19,243 nucleotides of DNA from Candidatus Hydrogenedentota bacterium (GCA_034408725.1 JAWXCN010000046.1:1-19243); one strand, 5' to 3'. Positions 1-8,529 are shown, numbered from the stretch's first letter. Notes: generated by a model from the letters alone, not told the origin. Numbers and translations are program-made.

Positions 1-878
1 AATGATTGCAGCACGCTTCCCAGCAGGTTGCTGCTGCTGCTGCCGCCGCCGCCGCTACCCCCAAGAAGGCCACCGCCACCGGAACCGAGTCCGCCTGTAA
101 ATGAACTGATCTGCGATGACGCCTTCGACTCGACATTGGAATGCGTATATGAACCAGAAAGCACGGGGTCGAACTCGCCCTTTGCGGCGAGAATGTCGCC
201 ATCCGCTTTTAGCGGCTCATACGCCGTCACGATGATGTCGCGGTTCTTGGTCAACGCCATCTGCACCGCGTCCTGGACGGATAGCGGGAGCTGCTCGCGT
301 TCGGGTGTAACGCGTTGAAGTTCTTCGTTGAGTTTTTCGAGTTCGATCAGATTGAAATCGATTGTGCCAGCGCCCGTGCGCACCTGCCCTGCATTCATCT
401 GCCCCGCCGGCGGAACAACAACGCCATTGATCGGCGATGCATCCGGCTCTGGCGTTTCATTCTGTGCGACCCATTCCGTAACGGTCTTCACACGCCCGGC
501 GTCTTCCTCGACTGACGGTGTTGCCATCTCCGGTTCGGGCGAGGATTCTTCCAAGGTCCCCGCTGTCAATGCCGCCTGCGGTTCAATCACAGGATCGGGT
601 TCAGGCGACGCATCGGAGGGAGGGGGGAGGGAAACCTCCTCCAGTGCAGGCATCAGGGCTTCTTCCGGGATGGCCGCGGTCTCGACCGAGGTTTCCCTCG
701 CATCCACTGCCGCGGGTTCTGGAGACGGTTCGGGTGGCGCTGTTGATTGCTTTGAAGCGGAACCTTTCGCCCAATCCTTAATCGATATTTTTCCCGTTTC
801 AGCCCAGCCTATCGAGGCACAAGCAAATACAAGAACAAACGCCCCGCAGGCGCCACGAACTCGGCGCAACTGATTCAT
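1..878 (-). CDS. TolC-family outer-membrane efflux protein, N-terminal part (runs off the left window edge)
   Basis: Absent from the ORF track because there is no stop in the window; translated by hand. ATG at 878 follows GGAGGAG. It reads MNQLRRVRGACGAFVLVFACASIGWA (signal peptide), a long Pro/Glu-rich linker, then LPLSVQDAVQMALTKNRDII...ADGDILAAKGEFDPVLSGSY, typical of the first OEP/TolC repeat. Confidence 0.8.
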   Translation of the reverse strand, partial: MNQLRRVRGACGAFVLVFACASIGWAETGKISIKDWAKGSASKQSTAPPEPSPEPAAVDARETSVETAAIPEEALMPALEEVSLPPPSDASPEPDPVIEPQAALTAGTLEESSPEPEMATPSVEEDAGRVKTVTEWVAQNETPEPDASPINGVVVPPAGQMNAGQVRTGAGTIDFNLIELEKLNEELQRVTPEREQLPLSVQDAVQMALTKNRDIIVTAYEPLKADGDILAAKGEFDPVLSGSYTHSNVESKASSQISSFTGGLGSGGGGLLGGSGGGGSSSSNLLGSVLQS

Positions 879-950
879 AAACTCCTCCAGCGTTTCGCGA
901 ATGCCGTGGTCAACGGCCTACCTCATTCGGAGACTCGAAAAAATCTGATC

Positions 951-986
951 CCACAATAGATTGTGGTCGCTAGCCAACCTGTTGGC
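951..986. promoter_or_regulatory. Two adjacent palindromes, candidate operator sites upstream of the TolC-like gene
   Basis: CCACAAT-ag-ATTGTGG (951-966) and GCCAAC-ct-GTTGGC (973-986) are perfect inverted repeats with 2-nt spacers in the intergenic region. Confidence 0.35.
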
Positions 987-1022
987 CTTTAGAGATGAGT
1001 CTACGCCACATATAGTAGTCAG

Positions 1023-2282
1023 TCAAGGAATTAAACTCCCCGGACCTACCAAAACGTTTACCCCTGCGTAAGCTTGGGCCACCGCGCGATTCACTTCCGC
1101 CTCGATGGTTCCCCAATCGGAAACCAGTGGGGTGTTTCTTCCGGACGCATACGCTTCAAGAAATCCTGGCTGAACCGCATCGGAATTCGTAATCGACTTG
1201 CGAATGGGGACATTCCCGGTCTGCTGAGCCTTCTCGGAGTACACTGATGGCCCCGTCAACCATTCGATTAAGGCCGCAATCGCGGCTGAATCAGCCCCTC
1301 CGTCTCGCGCAAACACCACCACTGCGTCGTTAGACCTGCGCGAGATTGGGCCGGTTTCGCCGGGTACGGGTGCAATGCCGACGGGAAAACCGCCTTTGGC
1401 CGCCTGTGCGAAACGCTGGCTGGACGCCGCGGTCATCGCTATCTTTCCTTCCGTGAATTCACGAAAGGATGAGTCCTCCCCGCGCGGCACATCCGCCGTG
1501 GCATCAAGGACAAAATGCAACGCCCGCGCCGCCGCCGGAGTGTCCAGCGCCCCGCGTCCATTGTTTATAACATCGCCCCCCGCCGACCACAGTGCTTCCA
1601 CAAATGGGACCGCGCCATAACCGCGCGTGTTTTCCAATCCCGTGACGCTGCGGTGCGCGTTCAAATGCGCGCTGAAGAAAACCCAGGTTTTTGGCGGAGT
1701 GTCACCGATGAAGCGCCGGTTATAAAACAGCACGGAACAGTAACCGTCGGCCGGCAACCCGCACAATCGTCCTTCATAAGCGTAGTCGGTGAATACCTCG
1801 TCGCGGAAATCATCGAGCAGCGATTCGGGCAAGATGGAATCGAGCGCGCGAATCCTGCCCGCCCGATAAAGGGGCGCGACAAGATCGCGCTTGACCAACG
1901 CGACATCCGGAACTTGTCCCGAGACGATTGAGACCAACAGTTTCTGGACTGCGACGTCCCATTCGCCGATATACAGCGCGCGCACCGGCAAAGAGCCAAA
2001 CTGGGGCTGAATCGATTCGACGGCCGCAGCGACCGCTGGATGCGCGTAATACCAGAACGTAATCTCGGCCCCGCCGCCAGTGGCAGGCTGCACCGGAATT
2101 TCAGCGTTAGTGCCATTGGCCGATGACTCCAGTATCCGGTTGATCTCCGTATTCGCCCGTAGCAAGGCCTCTTCGGGCGATTTCGGTGGGTCCGCCGCGA
2201 TACACGAAGACACCGCGAAGAGCAGGAATAGGCCAAGGCCAAGGCCGATCATGCCACGATATTTGACTCCACTACGCGGCAT
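1023..2282 (-). CDS. Extracellular solute-binding protein (carbohydrate ABC-type SBP), probable lipoprotein
   Basis: Hydrophobic leader ending in VSSC (lipobox-like). SBP_bac_1-like motifs: EITFWY, KLLVSIVSGQVPDVA, YEGRLCGLP, VLFYNRR..PPKTW, FTEGKIAM. Start uncertain (TTG 2303, ATG 2282 or ATG 2252). Confidence 0.8.
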   Translation of the reverse strand: MPRSGVKYRGMIGLGLGLFLLFAVSSCIAADPPKSPEEALLRANTEINRILESSANGTNAEIPVQPATGGGAEITFWYYAHPAVAAAVESIQPQFGSLPVRALYIGEWDVAVQKLLVSIVSGQVPDVALVKRDLVAPLYRAGRIRALDSILPESLLDDFRDEVFTDYAYEGRLCGLPADGYCSVLFYNRRFIGDTPPKTWVFFSAHLNAHRSVTGLENTRGYGAVPFVEALWSAGGDVINNGRGALDTPAAARALHFVLDATADVPRGEDSSFREFTEGKIAMTAASSQRFAQAAKGGFPVGIAPVPGETGPISRRSNDAVVVFARDGGADSAAIAALIEWLTGPSVYSEKAQQTGNVPIRKSITNSDAVQPGFLEAYASGRNTPLVSDWGTIEAEVNRAVAQAYAGVNVLVGPGSLIP

Positions 2283-2433
2283 TTTTATAATTGTGGGTTC
2301 CAACGCATCCTACTTTTTGGCATGAATATCAGGAACAGACAACGGACGCGCCATCATTCTTTACGGTTCGGATAGTTAATGAAGCAGTCGCGTTGCCCGC
2401 TCCGGATTGTACTATAGCCACGGAAAGGCCACC

Positions 2434-3942
2434 ATGGCGCAGTATTATAACGAGCCGTCCCGCACATTCAGCGAATACCTGCTGATACCCAGCCTCACGA
2501 CCAAAGACTGCGTCCCTCTGAATGTAAACTTGACGGCCCCACTCGTCAAGCATCGTCCCGGTGAGGACGTGCTGCATCTTAACATCCCGTTCGCATCATC
2601 AATCATGCAGGCAGTGTCCGACTCGACGATGGCGATCGCGCTCGCGCGTAGCGGCGGAATCTCGTTTATTTATTGTTCACAGCCCATCGACTCGCAATCC
2701 GAAATGGTCAAGAAGGTCAAAAAGTTCAAGGCCGGGCTCGTGATTAGCGACACCAATCTCCGCCCCGACCAAACCCTGGGGGACGTGGTTGCTGCCGTGA
2801 ATCGCACAGGCCATTCCACGATTCCTATCACCGGTGACGGTTCTCCCAACGGAAAATTGCTCGGAATACTTACCAGCCGCGATTACCGTGTACACAAGGA
2901 GGGGTTGGACGCGCCGATCAGCAAATTCATGACGCCGTTTTCGAAACTGGTCTACGCGCGGGAAGGCATCACGCTCAGCGAAGCCAACGAATTGATTTGG
3001 GAACATAAACTCAACTGCCTTCCGATCATCGATGAAAAACAGAACCTCCGCTACGTCGTGTTCCGCAAGGACTATGATGAACACAAGGAAAATCCCGACG
3101 AACTGGTGGACACCGAAAAAAGGCTCGTCGTTGGCGCCGGCATCAATACGCGCGATTATAAGGACCGCGTTCCGGCGCTCGTGGACGCCGGCGCGGACAT
3201 CCTCTGCATTGATTCTTCCGACGGGTATTCAGAGTGGCAGGGTGACACCTTGCGCTGGATCAAAAAGACCTATGGCCCTGGCGTAAAAGTTGGCGGTGGC
3301 AATGTCGTCGAGGAAGATGGGTTTCGATACCTGGTCGAGGCCGGGGCTGATTTTGTCAAAGTCGGCGTTGGCCCTGCCTCCATTTGCATCACGCGCGAGC
3401 AGAAGGGCATCGGTCGCGGCCAGGCAACGTCCATGATTGAAGTGGCGAAAGCTCGCGATCAGTATCTCAAGGAAACGGGTGTATACGTCCCGTTATGCTC
3501 TGATGGCGGCCTGGTGATGGACTACCACATTGTCCTCGCGCTGGCGATGGGCGCGGATTTTGTCATGCAGGGCCGCTATTTCGCGCGCTTCGATGAGAGC
3601 GCCGGCCGAAAGATTCTCGTCCGCGGAAGTTACATGAAAGAATACTGGGGAGAAGGCTCGGACCGCGCGAGAAATTGGGAGCGCTACTCGGAAGGCGGTT
3701 CGAGCGGACTTACGTTTGAAGAGGGCGTGGATGCGTATGTCCCCTATGCGGGACGCTTGAAAGACAATCTTGCCACCACGCTCGCGAAAATAAAATCGAC
3801 CATGTGCAACTGCGGCTCGACCAGCATCAAGCAACTGCATGAAACTGCGCGCCTCACCCTGGTTTCGGCCACGAGTATACGCGAAGGCGGCGCGCACGAT
3901 GTCGTGCTCAAGGAGAGCGATATCATGGTTTCCGAGAAATAG
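2434..3942 (+). CDS. guaB: Inosine-5'-monophosphate dehydrogenase (IMPDH) with CBS pair
   Basis: [22 protein letters not shown] region, [11 protein letters not shown], catalytic loop [34 protein letters not shown] 2434 follows GAAAGG; guaA is adjacent. Confidence 0.96.
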   Translation: MAQYYNEPSRTFSEYLLIPSLTTKDCVPLNVNLTAPLVKHRPGEDVLHLNIPFASSIMQAVSDSTMAIALARSGGISFIYCSQPIDSQSEMVKKVKKFKAGLVISDTNLRPDQTLGDVVAAVNRTGHSTIPITGDGSPNGKLLGILTSRDYRVHKEGLDAPISKFMTPFSKLVYAREGITLSEANELIWEHKLNCLPIIDEKQNLRYVVFRKDYDEHKENPDELVDTEKRLVVGAGINTRDYKDRVPALVDAGADILCIDSSDGYSEWQGDTLRWIKKTYGPGVKVGGGNVVEEDGFRYLVEAGADFVKVGVGPASICITREQKGIGRGQATSMIEVAKARDQYLKETGVYVPLCSDGGLVMDYHIVLALAMGADFVMQGRYFARFDESAGRKILVRGSYMKEYWGEGSDRARNWERYSEGGSSGLTFEEGVDAYVPYAGRLKDNLATTLAKIKSTMCNCGSTSIKQLHETARLTLVSATSIREGGAHDVVLKESDIMVSEK

Positions 3943-5508
3943 GTGACGCAACCGCACCCTATGCAGTCGCGTGAACAGCCCATTATCGTTCTCGACTTCG
4001 GCGCGCAATACAGCAAACTGATCGCGCGGCGCATACGGGAAGCCAAAGTATTCAGCCTCATCGAGCCGTTCAACGTTTCCATCGAGAAACTGAAAGCGCA
4101 CAATCCCGCGGGCATCATTTTCAGCGGCGGCCCGTCCAGCGTTCATGCCAACGGCTCGCCGAAGCCGGACCCTCGCGTGTTCGATCTGGGCGTTCCCATT
4201 CTCGGCATCTGTTATGGCGTTCAGCTTTTCGCGGATATGCTCGGCGGCAAGGTCGCGCGCGCAAGCAAGCGCGAGTATGGCATCGCCCATCTCGAACATA
4301 AAGACTCAACGGGCTTTCTCGACGGAATCGATCCGCGCACCCAGGTGTGGATGAGCCACGGCGACGCCATCACGGAATTGCCGGAAGGCTTCGAGACCGT
4401 GGGCACCACCGAGAACTGCCCCTTCGCTGCCGTGGTTGATCCCGCGCGAAAGCTCTACGGCGTACAGTTCCATCCCGAAGTTGTACACACGCCGCAGGGC
4501 ACGCGGGTATTGGAAAACTTTGTACATCGCATCTGCGGCGAAGATTCGAGTTGGACCATGGAATCTTACGCCGACACCGCGATTGCGAATATCCGGACCC
4601 AGGTCGGCGATGGGCGCGTGGTGTGCGGACTCAGCGGCGGCGTCGATTCGAGTGTTGCCGCCGTGTTGATTCATCGCGCAATCGGCGACCGGCTTGCGTG
4701 CGTGTTCGTCAACAACGGTCTGTTGCGCAATGGCGAAGCCGAGCTGGTGCAGAAAGTCTTTCGCGATAATTTCCATATCGACTTGCACTATGTCCAGGCG
4801 GAAAAACGCTTTCTCGACGCGCTAGCGGGAGTCGAGGACCCGGAACAAAAACGCAAGATTATCGGCAAGCTGTTCATCGAGGTATTTGAAGAAGAGGCCA
4901 AACGCCTTGGTAAAGTGGACTTCCTCGCGCAGGGCACGCTGTATCCCGACGTAATCGAAAGTATTTCCGCCACCGGCGGCCCCAGCGTTACCATCAAGAG
5001 CCATCACAACGTCGGCGGCCTGCCGGAACTGATGAAACTCCAACTCGTCGAACCGTTGCGCGAGCTATTCAAAGATGAGGTGCGCGAACTCGGCAAGGAA
5101 CTTGGACTGCCTGACGAAATCGTGTGGCGCCATCCCTTCCCAGGCCCGGGCCTCGGCGTTCGCTGCATCGGCGCGGTCACAAAGGAACGTTTAGACACAC
5201 TGCGCGATGCGGATACAATTTTCATCGATGAAATTCAACGCGCGGGACTCTATGGCGACATCTGGCAGGCACTTGTTTGCCTGCTGCCCGTGCGCAGCGT
5301 CGGCGTCCAGGGCGACGAGCGCACCTACGAAGAAGTCTGTTCGCTACGCGCCGTCACCTCCGAAGACGCCATGACCGCCGACTGGTTCCGCTTCCCGCCC
5401 GACGTGCTCCAACGGGTCTCGAACCGCATCTGCAATGAAGTCAAACACATCAACCGCGTCCTCTACGACGTCACCAGCAAACCCCCCGGCACCATTGAGT
5501 GGGAGTAG
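3943..5508 (+). CDS. guaA: GMP synthase (glutamine-hydrolysing)
   Basis: [68 protein letters not shown]-terminal [13 protein letters not shown] immediately follows the guaB stop; alternative ATG at 3961. Confidence 0.98.
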   Translation: MTQPHPMQSREQPIIVLDFGAQYSKLIARRIREAKVFSLIEPFNVSIEKLKAHNPAGIIFSGGPSSVHANGSPKPDPRVFDLGVPILGICYGVQLFADMLGGKVARASKREYGIAHLEHKDSTGFLDGIDPRTQVWMSHGDAITELPEGFETVGTTENCPFAAVVDPARKLYGVQFHPEVVHTPQGTRVLENFVHRICGEDSSWTMESYADTAIANIRTQVGDGRVVCGLSGGVDSSVAAVLIHRAIGDRLACVFVNNGLLRNGEAELVQKVFRDNFHIDLHYVQAEKRFLDALAGVEDPEQKRKIIGKLFIEVFEEEAKRLGKVDFLAQGTLYPDVIESISATGGPSVTIKSHHNVGGLPELMKLQLVEPLRELFKDEVRELGKELGLPDEIVWRHPFPGPGLGVRCIGAVTKERLDTLRDADTIFIDEIQRAGLYGDIWQALVCLLPVRSVGVQGDERTYEEVCSLRAVTSEDAMTADWFRFPPDVLQRVSNRICNEVKHINRVLYDVTSKPPGTIEWE

Positions 5509-5561
5509 GAATGCTGTAGTCGCTGCCCGATTTCGTGTTAGAATTTAAAAAGAAAGCGCGT

Positions 5562-5999
5562 ATGTCCGACTACCCTATAAACATCTTTCCAAGCTTCGAA
5601 GATGAGGGTTGGATTGCCGAAATTCCGGATCTTCCCGCTTGCTCTGCTTTTGGAGAAACACCGGAAATAGCATTGAAGGAAGTCCTTGCGGCCAAACGGC
5701 TGTGGATCGAAAGCGCGGACGCCGATAAGGCTAACCCGACCAGTTTGGAATCTCAAAATTTACTACCGCCGAAACTTCCCACTGATGAGCAAATCATGGA
5801 TGCATTTAGTCGAGGAATTCGCACGGCCCTTCTGCAGCACAAACAGGCTGGCATTCCCATCGTTGTTTGGCGGGACGGAAAAGTAGTAGAGATTCCAGCA
5901 GACGAAATTGTGATCCCGGACTTGCCGGATGTTGATGGATCAACCCATGGACACACCGCAAATGAACCCCAACTTGAATCGACGGCAGGCGATGACTGA
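5562..5999 (+). CDS. HicB-like antitoxin domain fused to a second small antitoxin-like domain
   Basis: N-terminus YPINIFPSFEDEGWIAEIPDLPACSAFGETPEIALKEV...W is the HicB partial RNase H fold motif. The C-terminal part has IRTALLQHKQAGIPIVVWRDGKVVEIPADEI. ATG 5562 was chosen by alignment with the downstream paralog. Confidence 0.75.
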   Translation: MSDYPINIFPSFEDEGWIAEIPDLPACSAFGETPEIALKEVLAAKRLWIESADADKANPTSLESQNLLPPKLPTDEQIMDAFSRGIRTALLQHKQAGIPIVVWRDGKVVEIPADEIVIPDLPDVDGSTHGHTANEPQLESTAGDD

Positions 6000-6213
6000 C
6001 TATCGCATAAACATGTTCTATAGCGAAGAAGACGGTGGGTGGATCGCAGATATCCAAGATTTGTCTGGATGCTCGGCGTTTGGGGAATCACCGGTACTGG
6101 CGCTCCGGGAAGTATTGATCGCAAAACGCCTATGGCTTGAAAGCGCCAAGACCGATGGCGCGACAATTCCCGAGCCGCGGTTTCGTCCAGCAATTTATCA
6201 GGTCACTTCGTAG
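5992..6213 (+). CDS. hicB: HicB-family antitoxin (short, 73 aa, no DNA-binding domain)
   Basis: MTDYRINMFYSEEDGGWIADIQDLSGCSAFGESPVLALREV...WLESAKTDGATIPEP is a classic HicB motif. The ATG overlaps the upstream stop (ATGACTGA), suggesting translational coupling. Confidence 0.85.
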   Translation: MTDYRINMFYSEEDGGWIADIQDLSGCSAFGESPVLALREVLIAKRLWLESAKTDGATIPEPRFRPAIYQVTS

Positions 6214-6245
6214 TTGCACTGGATAATTCGAACGGGAGATTTTCA

Positions 6246-6419
6246 ATGGAAAGTGGCTTGATTGTCTTTTCCGGATTAATGTTTTTGGCCGCTTTAATCG
6301 GTTATCGTCTCGACCAACTATCAAAATCAATTGCAATCGTTTCTTCGGAATTAGTCTCCTTGCGCAACGAAGTGGAATCGACAAAAAACGATATCCTCAA
6401 GCGCATCACGTTCCCATAG
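6246..6419 (+). CDS. Small hypothetical membrane protein (57 aa; single TM plus coiled-coil-like tail)
   Basis: Below the ORF-track cutoff; translated by hand as MESGLIVFSGLMFLAALIGYRLDQLSKSIAIVSSELVSLRNEVESTKNDILKRITFP. GGGAG lies 7 nt before the ATG and the ORF fills the intergenic gap in operon orientation. Confidence 0.6.
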   Translation: MESGLIVFSGLMFLAALIGYRLDQLSKSIAIVSSELVSLRNEVESTKNDILKRITFP

Positions 6420-6459
6420 AGAATGTGGTTGGACGGCGCTCTGCCCGCCATCAATAAGG

Positions 6460-7911
6460 GTGAACTCCATGCATCGTCCGCTGAGTTTGTTATTGATATT
6501 CATGTGCGGAAACGTTGCCCTCGCACAAAGACTTATTGAGATCGGATCAGCCAAACAACTCTTCATCGATCACCGATTCATCGCGAAAAGCGAGCGCATC
6601 GAGCTTCGCATGAATCAGGCGCAGAAGATGGGCCGCATTCTCGATGAGGATGGGCAATACATCCGGCAGCATGTCAGCCGGGTGTTGGAAGACAACGGGA
6701 AGATTCGCCTCTACACGGGCGCCGACACGCTGAATGTGCTGGAGAGCGACGACGGCATGAACTTTAAGCAGGTTGGCAGTATTCCGAACGGTGTCCTTCC
6801 AACGATTTTTCTTGATCCGCACGAAAGCGATCCCGCGAAGCGCTACAAACTGTTTCGTGTGGAGCACGGGGAACCGTTCAATCGTGAGACGGACGGCGTG
6901 TTTGCGCACTACTCCGCAGATGGCGTGAACTTCACGCCCGTGGGCCGCGTGTTACCGTATTACACCGACAATCCGCAGGTAGTCTGGTGGGATGCGCGCA
7001 TCAACAAGTATGTGATCTACACACGCGCGCTGGCACTGAACAACGAGAACCAGCGGCGCATCGCGCGCATCGAAACCGATGACGTGCTCAAGCCGTGGCC
7101 GTATACCGCGTCGCCCGACGATAAAATGTTTTTCACAACCTCGAACACAACAGTCGTGTTGCAGGCCGACGCGGAAGACGATCCCTTTTCCGACATTTAT
7201 TACAACGCCGCGACGCTCTACCCGGAAGCGCAGGACGCCTACTTTATGTTTACGGCGCAGTTCCGCCATTTCGCGCCGCAACGCCAGCCGTTCATTCGTC
7301 CGCGCGAGCCGGGCCAGTGGGAGGATTTTGGACTGCTCGAAATTCAGCTTGCGGTCAGCCGCGACGGTATCGACTGGCAACGGCCAAGCCGCGAACCGTA
7401 TTTTCCAACCGGCCTCGCGGACGAGTGGGACCGGTGGTATGCCGTCATGGCGCCAGGCATGGTGAAGCGGGGAAACTATTTTTATCAATACTACATGTCC
7501 AGCGGGCGCACGCACGACTCGGTTGTGCTTCGCCCTGAATATGATTCCGTCACAGACGTCGGTGGCATCGGCATGGTCAAACAACGGATAGACGGGTTTA
7601 TATCTGCCGACGCGGACCACAAGGGCGGATGGATCGAGACCCCGCTCATCACGTTTACCGGCACTCGACTCCGTCTTAACATCGATACCGGTTCCATGGG
7701 AACCGCGTTTGTAGAATTACGCGATGCAGACGACAAACCCATTTCAGGTTTCACCCTCGAAGACTGCGAAGAGGTTGGCGGAAATTTTATCGATCAAGTG
7801 GTCCATTGGAAAGGCAACGCCGATGTTTCCGCACTCGCGGGAACGCCCGTGCGGATTTATTTCAAGCTCACACGCGCGAAACTCTACTCATTCGTTTTCT
7901 CCGCAACCTAG
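6460..7911 (+). CDS. Secreted glycoside-hydrolase-like (five-bladed beta-propeller-type) protein of unknown specificity
   Basis: Signal peptide (PLSLLLIFMCGNVALA), KQLFIDH, Asp-box-like repeats (ESDDGMNF, YSADGVNF, VSRDGIDW), RIDGFISADA, and C-terminal W.G..DVSALAGTPVRIYFKLTRAKLYSF. Start is GTG 6460 or ATG 6469. Confidence 0.7.
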   Translation: MNSMHRPLSLLLIFMCGNVALAQRLIEIGSAKQLFIDHRFIAKSERIELRMNQAQKMGRILDEDGQYIRQHVSRVLEDNGKIRLYTGADTLNVLESDDGMNFKQVGSIPNGVLPTIFLDPHESDPAKRYKLFRVEHGEPFNRETDGVFAHYSADGVNFTPVGRVLPYYTDNPQVVWWDARINKYVIYTRALALNNENQRRIARIETDDVLKPWPYTASPDDKMFFTTSNTTVVLQADAEDDPFSDIYYNAATLYPEAQDAYFMFTAQFRHFAPQRQPFIRPREPGQWEDFGLLEIQLAVSRDGIDWQRPSREPYFPTGLADEWDRWYAVMAPGMVKRGNYFYQYYMSSGRTHDSVVLRPEYDSVTDVGGIGMVKQRIDGFISADADHKGGWIETPLITFTGTRLRLNIDTGSMGTAFVELRDADDKPISGFTLEDCEEVGGNFIDQVVHWKGNADVSALAGTPVRIYFKLTRAKLYSFVFSAT

Positions 7912-8096
7912 TGTCCTGAGTTTGAGACTCGTTCGATATGAAGTTTGGAAATCAGACCTTACATCCCCCTAATTCCCCCTTCAAAGGGGGACTTTGAAGA
8001 TCGGATTTTGCGTGACTTTTGCCAAGGCCTTCAAAGGGGGAGAAGATCGGATTATGCGTGTGATTTTTGCCAAGGATTTGGGATTCATGACATTAG
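7908..8096. mobile_element. Candidate MITE (non-autonomous element) with imperfect terminal inverted repeats
   Basis: Left end CTAGTGTCCTGAGT versus reverse complement of the right end CTAATGTCATGAAT (11/14 identical), with TA at both extremities. Contains a CCCCCTTCAAAGGGGG hairpin and a tandem duplication. Confidence 0.5.
7978..8075. repeat. Imperfect tandem direct repeat, 50 + 48 bp
   Basis: CCTTCAAAGGGGGactttGAAGATCGGATTtTGCGTGacTTTTGCCAAGG (7978-8027) then CCTTCAAAGGGGGaGAAGATCGGATTaTGCGTGtgatTTTTGCCAAGG (8028-8075). Confidence 0.85.
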
Positions 8097-8103
8097 CGGC
8101 GAC

Positions 8104-8140
8104 AAAAAGAGGTGCCACCGCCGGGGTGGACGGCGGTGGC
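8104..8140 (-). terminator. Intrinsic terminator-like hairpin
   Basis: Perfect 10-bp stem GCCACCGCCG (8114-8123) / CGGCGGTGGC (8131-8140) with a 7-nt loop. The A5 run at 8104-8108 gives a U-tract on the minus strand, 5 nt after the stem. Confidence 0.7.
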
Positions 8141-8208
8141 GTGGGTGGGTTTAGGTGCGGGTTGTGCGGGTTATCATTTGCGGCTTGCGCCGCAATGGTG
8201 AGGCTTGT

Positions 8209-8364
8209 CTATGCCGGGACTATTACCCAGGCGGTGCTGTAAACGACCACTCCAAGGATCATGCAGTGCGGCACCATCACGCGGTAGCCGACTTTGAGGC
8301 CGCGAACTTTGGTGAGATACCATTTCGCGACAATCGATCTTGTCTTGATTCCTCCGAGCAACAT
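8209..8364 (-). CDS. Small hypothetical protein (51 aa), basic N-terminus and hydrophobic C-terminus
   Basis: Below the ORF-track cutoff; translated by hand as MLLGGIKTRSIVAKWYLTKVRGLKVGYRVMVPHCMILGVVVYSTAWVIVPA. AAGGAG lies 9 nt before the ATG. Flanked by a sigma54 promoter and a terminator on the same strand. Confidence 0.6.
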   Translation of the reverse strand: MLLGGIKTRSIVAKWYLTKVRGLKVGYRVMVPHCMILGVVVYSTAWVIVPA

Positions 8365-8471
8365 GGGTCCTGACTCCTTCCTTCACTCTCATCCCCGAGA
8401 GTTTTTCTCGTTCTCGCTCGCCGGCATTTTCTCATTCACCGCTGCTACCGGCGCCCGGTATTCTCCTTAAA

Positions 8472-8488
8472 AGCAACGCCCGTGCCAA
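8472..8488 (-). promoter_or_regulatory. Sigma54 (RpoN) -24/-12 promoter
   Basis: Minus strand reads TTGGCACGGGCGTTGCT, an exact match to YTGGCACG-N4-TTGCW. Confidence 0.85.
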
Positions 8489-8516
8489 ATTTCTGGCAGC
8501 AGGCTAATTTATTGCA

Positions 8517-8529
8517 TAACAATAGGTTA
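8517..8529 (+). promoter_or_regulatory. IHF-like binding site
   Basis: TAACAATAGGTTA has one mismatch to WATCAANNNNTTR and lies in AT-rich DNA between the sigma54 box and the candidate enhancer. Confidence 0.5.

Noticed and set aside
28-873. Plus-strand ORFs 28-318 and 328-873
   Set aside because: They are antisense shadows of the minus-strand TolC-like gene, which has an RBS, a signal peptide and a family motif.
5490-5508. attL/attR duplication of the guaA 3' end marking an integrated island
   Set aside because: I found no second copy of the guaA terminus (GAGTGGGAGTAG) and no integrase in the window.
7978-8075. Possible CRISPR array
   Set aside because: Only two abutting imperfect copies, no unique spacers and no cas genes.
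8174-8392. 72-aa minus-strand ORF from the track as the sigma54 target
   Set aside because: It has no good RBS and an unstructured composition. The overlapping 51-aa frame has AAGGAG at proper spacing and a more protein-like pattern. It is not formally excluded.
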